NCBI GenBank assembly: GCA_036172245.1
Contig: JAYWIR010000002.1
Location: forward strand, 310,001-374,000
Direction: 5' to 3'
Source: Raillietiella orientalis
Taxonomy: Eukaryota
Length of the DNA stretch: 64,000 bases
The notes under the pieces are model-generated. The model was not told the origin of the DNA. It was given only the letters and a program-made list of their open reading frames with translations, and did no database searches. A program made the translations under genes and the position numbers. Positions 56,843 through 64,000 of this stretch are shown piece by piece; within the stretch, counting starts at the first letter, position 1, and the number at the start of each line of letters is the position of its first letter.

Positions 56843-59800
56843 CCAGACGGGTGGGGAACAGGGCAGGCGTTCCCTGCGACCACCGCAGAGAGCGCTGAGA
56901 GACAACAGCTTCCTTTCTTCTATTCCTGGATTCTCTCCGAGGGCAAAGCCCCTCGCGTGCCTAGATTCCAGCTCGGCAGGGAACTCTCCCAACCCTAGAG
57001 GAGGTCGCGCTCCTCGTCCTCCGCGAGATGAGGCTCCCCTTGGAGACCTTGAACGAGGAGGAAGTTTCATCCCGGAGTATCTCAGGCGATCTCAGGGCTT
57101 TTTCTTTTCTCTCGGGATGCCCCTACGGGATCCTCTCTCAGAATCTTTCTTTTCATCCCTCCATGCCAAAAGTCTAAAGCAAGCCGCCCTTCGGTTTCGA
57201 GAAGCTCCGGGTGAACTACCGGACGGCTCGCGACCTTCAGCAGCAGGCTCCTGAGGCTACTCTTCTCCTTAGAAGGAGAAGGGACGGAAGAAAACTCCCC
57301 TTCCTCATCCCACTCCATCTCCAGGGGTTCTGGTCGACTCGCTTCGGAGGGTATGCTGACGCGGGAAGAACAAAAGACGCGAGAATTCCTGCGAAGAAGT
57401 ACTCTCAGGCATCACCTCCGTGGACACTCGGGATGAGGGCGGTGAGAATTGCGGCAGCCGGGGAGCAGCCCTTCTTCCTCCTGGGTCTCCGCTTCTCCTC
57501 TCAGGGAGACGACCCAGGAGTAGCAGCCCAGAGAGAACCCCCATGGCACTCAAGGAGGAGGTGAGATCTCTCAGCCTTCACCGAGCACCATGCAAACCCG
57601 GGGGGAAGCATCACATCCTCCTCATCCCCTCTTCCGCCCCCGCCCTCTCCCGGAGAAACTCTTCGCCCCCCTTTCCTTCTCGAAGGGGCAGCCATCTTTC
57701 AAATCGTTTCCTGGACTCGGGGAGCCTTGGGAAGTGAGACTTCCCCTGCGTGCACGCTAACCTGGTGACGGGAAAGAATAGGAGAAGAGGTGCTCGCTCC
57801 CCCTCCCTCATCCTATTGGGATTGGGGGTCTTTTGATTAGCTGCACCTACTACTCTTCTTCCTTCTGGACCGAGAAACTTTGGAGCAGGGAGGAAGGGGC
57901 CGAAGGCACCCTTGATCTCCTCATTCTGGACTGGATGGGAGAGGGTCGCTGTCCTCTGAAAAGGAAAGGCACGTGTGGACTCACGGCCGCCGCTCCCCGT
58001 GACCTTTCTGCACGCTGCGAAGGTGGGCTCTTGGGAGGCTTCGGAGGGGGGGTGGGGGAGAAGAATCCCTCGCGAATGCCCACCGACTTGGGTGCGCTCC
58101 TTGCTGCTGAGGCTTGGGGAGACGAGGGAGAAGAACGTTGAATGAGATAGGATGAGGTAGGATGGGAAGAGATGAGGATGAACGAGGAGGATGTGGCGAC
58201 TCTCGCGACTTTCTGAAAAAGGAGGGATTTTTTATCCGGAAGTGCCACCGCTCGTTCTCCTTCCCCTCGCATGCCTGGACGGTTGCAAGAAGTTCCTCCT
58301 CGGAGCGAAATTCAGCACAGGAACTTTCGGCCACGCGTCTCCCACCGGGGTGGCACGGAAGTACCAGGGAAAAAAGAACCCAGATCCCCATTTTCTGAAA
58401 GGGGGCCGACATGGGCCGGTCCGAAACTGAAGGGACCGATTTTCACTACGGGAAGAACTAGGAGGAGGGGGGCGAGTGAAGGAAGGGCAGGGAGGACTGT
58501 TCAGTCAATGAACAGCTAGGGAGGGGAGAAGTCAGACCTGCGGAGATGAGCATGTTCCCCTGGGGCCTGCATCAGAAGGAGCAGGACAGTAGAGAGCGGA
58601 GTGAGGTGCAGTCACTGGTCTCGAGCCAGGGTGATCCCTTTCTGCCTGAGGTGTCTTTGTATTTCGATCCCCAGTTTGGACCGCTCTCCCTACGAAGGAG
58701 TGCCAGCATGGGATGATGGTCACGCACCCCATTCTTCCATTCAGGCCACTGCGGTCGCCTGCACGCGGCAGAGGATCGCCGGCCGACGTCCCAGGAGAGG
58801 CGAACGGGAGTGCCCCGGAAAGGCGAGCGTCCATCCGTGCTACAGTCCGGGGCATCCCAGAAGTCCCGGTGCCTCCGAAGAGGGGCGTGGCGATGTTTCG
58901 AGGGAAACCCCAAAGGCCAGAGAGACAGCGGTGCGCTGGCAGCCAAGAAAGAGGACGGGAAAAGAGGAACCGGGACAAGCGTGGGTGGAGCAGGAGAAAA
59001 GATGGGTGCGAGCACCTGGACAAAGCAGGGAATGCGATCATGGCGCCGCAGGCGGGACGACTGAGGAGGCTGCCACTGCACAGCAGTTTCCCCGATGGAC
59101 CTCGGAGGACTGAAGGTGCTCGTGAACACTTGAGGAACCGGATGAGCGTCGGCACCTCCTGGTCCGAAAAGAGGTAAGTCATCTAACCTCTACTGATGGT
59201 CGCGGTCCTCCATCTCGGTTCGGGCTCACGTTTCATCTTCTCGTCAGTCGGCTCTCAGCGGCGAGAATTCCAACAATTCGCGTCTTCTTCCTCTCGCCGT
59301 CGTCGCTTCTCTCGGTTGCCTGGGAACTTGTCTTTGCTGATGGGCCGGAAGCTGAGAAGTTTCGAATCTGCGACTTCGATCGCTACGCCGCGCCTCCCCG
59401 CTTTGTTTGCCTCCGGTAAACTCCGCTCCTGGAAGGAGGAAGTAAGAAGACCTACTTTCCTCGCAGCACCCTTCGTTTTCGACACCCCATTTCTAGGTTC
59501 CCACGGTTCGAGGGACAGCGGGCGCCTTCTGAGAGCCCCTGCAATGACTTGGGTTCCTGGGAACCGGGAGTCGATCGGCTCCCGGAAGCTTCCGCCCTCA
59601 AGCATGGAGACGGGAATGAGTGCAAGGGGAGGGGGCCGGCATGTCAGGCTCCAAAACCCTCCAAACTCAACCTCCCCGGTAACGAAATCGAGGGAGGACT
59701 AGGAGCGATTCGAGAGGGAGACACGACTTTCTGTTCGACTCGAACCGGGGAAGGGTAGAGAATGGCTCTCGGTGGCAAGTTCCCCGCTCCGTCTAGTTCC

Positions 59801-60778
59801 CCTCGTGCTCCGAGCTCCTGGAAACCAGACGGATGCTGCGCGCCGGATGGTCATCTCCGGAGGCAACCCCAGGTCGTGTCCTGCTGGGATAAAGTCCTCC
59901 TCCCGCGCCCCATCGGCGGCTTCGCTTTCCTTCGGCCGTCCCCGCCGGTCGCGTGCCTCTGGACTAGAGAGCTGCCAAGCGTCGCCTCTGTTTGCCACTT
60001 GCTGCCGCCCTTCCACACCCTCCGCTCTACTCCGGGGCAGGCCTCGGAGGACGTCATCCCTCTCGTTCGGACGCGTTAATGGCCACCACTGAAGTTCCCG
60101 AAAAAGCGGGAAAGGCTCTTTCCTCCGGATAACCTTGCTCACGGGCAGTATCGCCGCTGCTGATCTTTAGGGAGGCGCGATTATTGCTAGTTGAAAACTT
60201 GAAGAATGAAGGCCTTTCCTCCTCTTGACCAAAGGAACGAGGTCACCTTCCTGATGGAAGAACTCTATCTGTTGACAGAAATAACAAACTTCACTTCCAG
60301 ATACATCGCATGCATCCCATTATGAATAGCGGGTGACCAGTGTTCTGGGCCGCATGCCGCGCGCACCAACCATTGGCTTCCTGCTGCTGCAGTCCACGCC
60401 AAGGGTCTTCCTTATCTTCTGGCTGCGAAAGGGACTCTTCATCAGGGAAGCGACTCCATCGCCTGATTCCGAGACAGGCTCCTATAGTGCTGTGTGGCGG
60501 AGTTCAGAACTGGCACCTGGGCAGTTGGGAGAGAGGCCTTGACCAGCAGCTGCGCCTCAAAGAACTGCCAGGGAAGAGACGTTCGACCAGAGCCTGCGAA
60601 GAAGCACCGCTGATGCTCGATGATTCCGGCGCAGAGATGCATGGCCCCATCCCTCCCCACTTGGTGGCTCCGATCAACGGATGCACGCTACTGGCTCGGA
60701 GATGCAGCACTGCGCATAGGGGGGACTTACTCTTTGGTTCTTCGCTCCGAGAGGACTTTCGACGGGCGCGGTGATTTC

Positions 60779-61745
60779 ACACCCGGGTGCGCCGGGGCGT
60801 TTATTTTCTTATAGGAATCGATGGAGCCGATGGCCCACTAATTACAATTGTTACACTAAAAAGGAGGGGGAACCGGAGAGGTCCATCACGTCCACGAAGG
60901 GAAAGGGGGATGAAACAAAAATAGAAGATGAAAACAAACTATAACAAGGAACAAAAAAAACAACAAAAACAAAAACAAATAGTTGGGGGGAAGGAAAGGG
61001 ATCACGTTTCATGATGAGTGAGACCACTGCATCCGTTGAAGGATGCCGGCGAGCTCTTGCTTTCTCTTCCTTCTTCCTTACCAGGTGGGGCCACCTCAAA
61101 GCTATCTTGAGGAAGCGGATGGCATGCAGGACAGCCCCTCCGTCTCTTCGGCCTCCCTTGGCGCCGCACTTCGCCGCGACGACACCGCGCACGCAGCACA
61201 GCGCTGCTATTGCGGCTGCGGGCGTCATGGCTTTCCGCACGAAGAGGGATCTCGAAGAGTCTCTGGGATCGTCCACGGGATTAGAAAGGAACGCGGAAAA
61301 AAGTTCTCACAATACCCGTAGGGTGACACACTGCACTATGAGGTGGGAAAAATTCTCCTTCTCTCCACACCTGGCACAGTTCGGCGATGCGCTTCCCCTC
61401 GTCCAGTGGTGCCGGCGCGTATTGCACGGGAGACCCCGGTGCAGTATCAGCAATGCTGATTGCTGCCACTTGAGGGAATCAGCTTCCTGTCCATAAATAC
61501 CGGGAGCACTTTTAACTCTTCAGGCTGAATGGAAAAGAGTTCGCTCCAACGTTCCAGTCCTTTGGAGACGGTTCTTGCTGCTGCCGCGTCAGCCAGCTGT
61601 CGCGTCGTCCAGCCACCGATAGGCTTCCTGAGGGCCGAGATCTCGCAGGAAACCTCCCATTTCGCCTGTAGGCAGGTGCCATGTACTCCGACAGAGGAGG
61701 ACACCACTGCGGCGAAGGGGGTGGCTGGTGGATAGGCCAACATGG
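60779..61745 (-). mobile_element. L1/Tx1-like LINE 3' fragment (beta)
   Basis: CQVWREGEFFPPH remnant, then RSLFVRKAMTPAAAIAALCCVRGVVAA...AIRFLKIALRWPHL. Terminal AATAAACGCCCCGGCGCACCCGGGTGT at 60779-60805. Confidence 0.78.
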
Positions 61746-61839
61746 TCAGATCACTACCCTCCGCCTCCCGTGTTCTTCTAAAACTCTCGACAGCGGGTAA
61801 CTTCTGACAGGGCCCGGGTGAGCTGAGCCCACGTCCTCA

Positions 61840-62140
61840 CTTTCTCGGGCGCTGTGATCGCAACCATCGCAGTGCCATTGTTACGGCCTGTCATGTGCTC
61901 GAGATGATCGCGCAGCGAAGGGAGGTCACCAGAATGGCAGCCGCCTACATGAGGACGGTCGCAGGATAGCCTCTCTTGGAAGAAGAAGTGAAGGAGAAGA
62001 TTGCCGACATCCAGCCCCGGTTTTAAGAAAGTTGGGAACAGCAGACACTGGCGACCCCTGCCTTTATTTATTTATTTTTTTATTTTTTTCTCGGAGTACA
62101 CGGACTTTGCAAGGAATTTAGAAACGTCCCGCTTCACGCT
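61840..62140 (+). mobile_element. L1/Tx1-like LINE 3' fragment (alpha)
   Basis: QRREVTRMAAAYMRTVAG*PLLEEEVKEKIADIQPRF* is homologous to the 3818 ORF C-terminus. Confidence 0.7.
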
Positions 62141-62499
62141 CTCATCGATAAAATCCCTTCCATTCACCTCGTGACGACTCTTCGAGATCACTTCGACCAA
62201 TCGCACACGAAGAAGCAATCGGAGTCACGCATAATTCGGCTGCGTCTTTCCTGTCAGCTGACACGTTCTTCATCTGGAGCGGCTGAGTGCCCTCCTCCAA
62301 GATAGGCAGCCTGCCGCCTCCCGGAAGCTGACGAACCTGGTCGCTTCGAACTTGCGACGGAGTGGTGCATGCTCCAAAAACCCATCCTCTGAGGCATCCA
62401 ACCGCCCAGCGGGCTTCGAACCCTTCATGACACAGGACTCGGCAGTACGGGTCGTGCTCCACGAATGACTGGTCAGAAAAAGACTCCAAAGGTTCAGTG

Positions 62500-63230
62500 A
62501 TCAGGGTCCACCGCTGGAAGAGGATCCAGGAAGGTCCGCGAACGGAGTCGGCGGGAGGGAGTTCGACCCTCCGGCACCCGGCGAAGAGGCCTCAGCAACG
62601 CGCCTCGAAGAACCTCCGAGGAAGACACGTTCTCCTGCGAAGGAACGCCGCTCGTCCGCACCTTTCGGCGCACAGATGTGGGAACCCAACCCTCTCCACC
62701 AACTAGCGGTCCCGATCAAGGGAAGCGCGCGTCTTGCGCGGAGATGCAGCGCCTCGAGCATTCCTCTTCGACGGCGGGCCTCACTCACGCGGCACCGCTC
62801 AGCCCCAGAATGTGTCGCCCACCGGGAACAGCGTAGTCCCTTCAACGCTCAGGACGCGTCGAAGGGGCACGGCGCTCGCGCGCACCCTGAGCCCCCAGCA
62901 TCCCATCTTGCGGGCGCTCGACGAGACCGGAGCTGGTGGCCCGCAGCCAGCCCGCTTCCGCTTGGACCGTCCAGGAATCACTGCTAGACCCGCTGTTCTG
63001 AGGATTCCGCGATCCTGTTCGGATCTACTACCCGTACTCTGCCCAAACTCCCGTAGATTCCTGGGGCAGCATTGGCGAACCAGCTCGCGCTGTTCTCTCT
63101 CTCCCTCCGTGGTTCCTCTCCAGACGCGGTGGCCGATTTTTCCAAATGGTAAAGAATCCTCCAGAGTGGCCATCTGGTTTCGCTTTCTTAGCACCAAACC
63201 CGGCTCACTTTTGAGCCAGCTCCTTCAAGG
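62500..63230 (-). mobile_element. decayed LINE RT remnant
   Basis: PDGHSGGFFTIWK (cf. PGPDG..EF...W), AVIPG (cf. LIPK), and RRVPEG..SLPPTPFA/FLDPL (cf. RGVRQGxPLSPxLF..FLDPL) occur in order. Confidence 0.45.
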
Positions 63231-64000
63231 AGTTGTAGAAGAAAATTGGAAGACCTTCGCTATTCTTTGAGGAAAAATATGTGGCGATTGCAGGGATGGT
63301 CAGCGGACGAATATGGGTCAGGTTGATAGTAAAAGGTTGAGGAAGTGTAATGATGGACATCAATGAGAGGTTCGACGGTAAGGAGTTGGGTGATACGGGT
63401 CAGTGCGGTAGGGGAGCTATTTGATGGACGGTGAATGGGCTGGGGTGAAGGAGATACGATATTTTGGGGTCGTCAATGTAAAACGCAAGGGCGGGATTAT
63501 TTATAGAATAATTCTTCTCTACAATAGTAGAGAAGAATTATCTCATAGTGTACTTTATTATTTGTTACCCAAGACGGATTATTTTAGATTAATAGAAGCT
63601 GGGATTCCTGGATTGGGTACAAATGAATTCCTTAGTTTGGTTTAGGGGCTGCTGGTCCCAGAATCCGAAAGGGGTGGAATGTTCAATTCTGTGTTGAGTG
63701 GTTCGATTAGAAATCCAGTTCGTTTCCCTTATTTCTTCTTCATCCTCCCTATTTTTCACCCCCCTCCCCTTCCCCGACACAATAAAGTGCCTCCTCATCC
63801 GAGCAGTGCCATCTCCTTTCCCATCCACGTGCACCTTCTTTAATTCTTTTTCCTTCCTTCCTACCCCCTTTCATCCCGACTCTGTTTCCTGCCTTTTGTG
63901 AACAGCACAGCCAGTAGTGACCAATCGTGTCCTCGCAACCAGATGCTCCTTCACTATGGAAACCAACTCTTTTTTTTTTTTTCAAAAACAAGAAACCTGT

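Noticed and set aside
59171-59179. Perfect GAG|GTAAGT donor ending a 154-aa ORF
   Set aside because: The upstream translation is low-information and no partner exon was identified.
1-64000. CRISPR arrays, rRNA, operons or hammerhead ribozyme arrays
   Set aside because: I saw no regularly spaced repeats, rRNA motifs or foldable hammerhead cores by eye, and the spliceosomal introns show the DNA is eukaryotic.

Overview
Eukaryotic, GC-rich genomic DNA (roughly 55-60% GC by eye). The gene content points to an arthropod or other protostome; it is not prokaryotic. There is one well-supported protein-coding gene: a six-exon NR2E-family nuclear receptor on the minus strand (28570->22800, 404 aa from the first clear ATG). 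Its P-box CDGCRG suggests NR2E6/PNR-like. Most of the rest is decayed non-LTR retrotransposons. These include many L1/Tx1-like fragments (RT, zf-RVT C-termini, ORF1-like pieces), an RLE-type fragment, and a ~700-bp tRNA-derived SINE family. MITE-like inverted-repeat elements and purine/pyrimidine tracts are also present. The most notable observations are: (i) L1/Tx1-like copies end not in poly(A) but in a conserved AATAAA + GC stem-loop, with three copies delimited by 11-15-bp target-site duplications; (ii) two of these copies are nested antisense inside the SINE; (iii) a ~940-bp near-identical inverted duplication with diverged flanks brackets the ~39-kb segment carrying the receptor; (iv) a weak candidate for a two-exon orphan secreted peptide overlaps a dense E-box cluster. 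No CRISPR array, rRNA or intact tRNA was found. All family assignments come from motif recognition by eye, not database searches.
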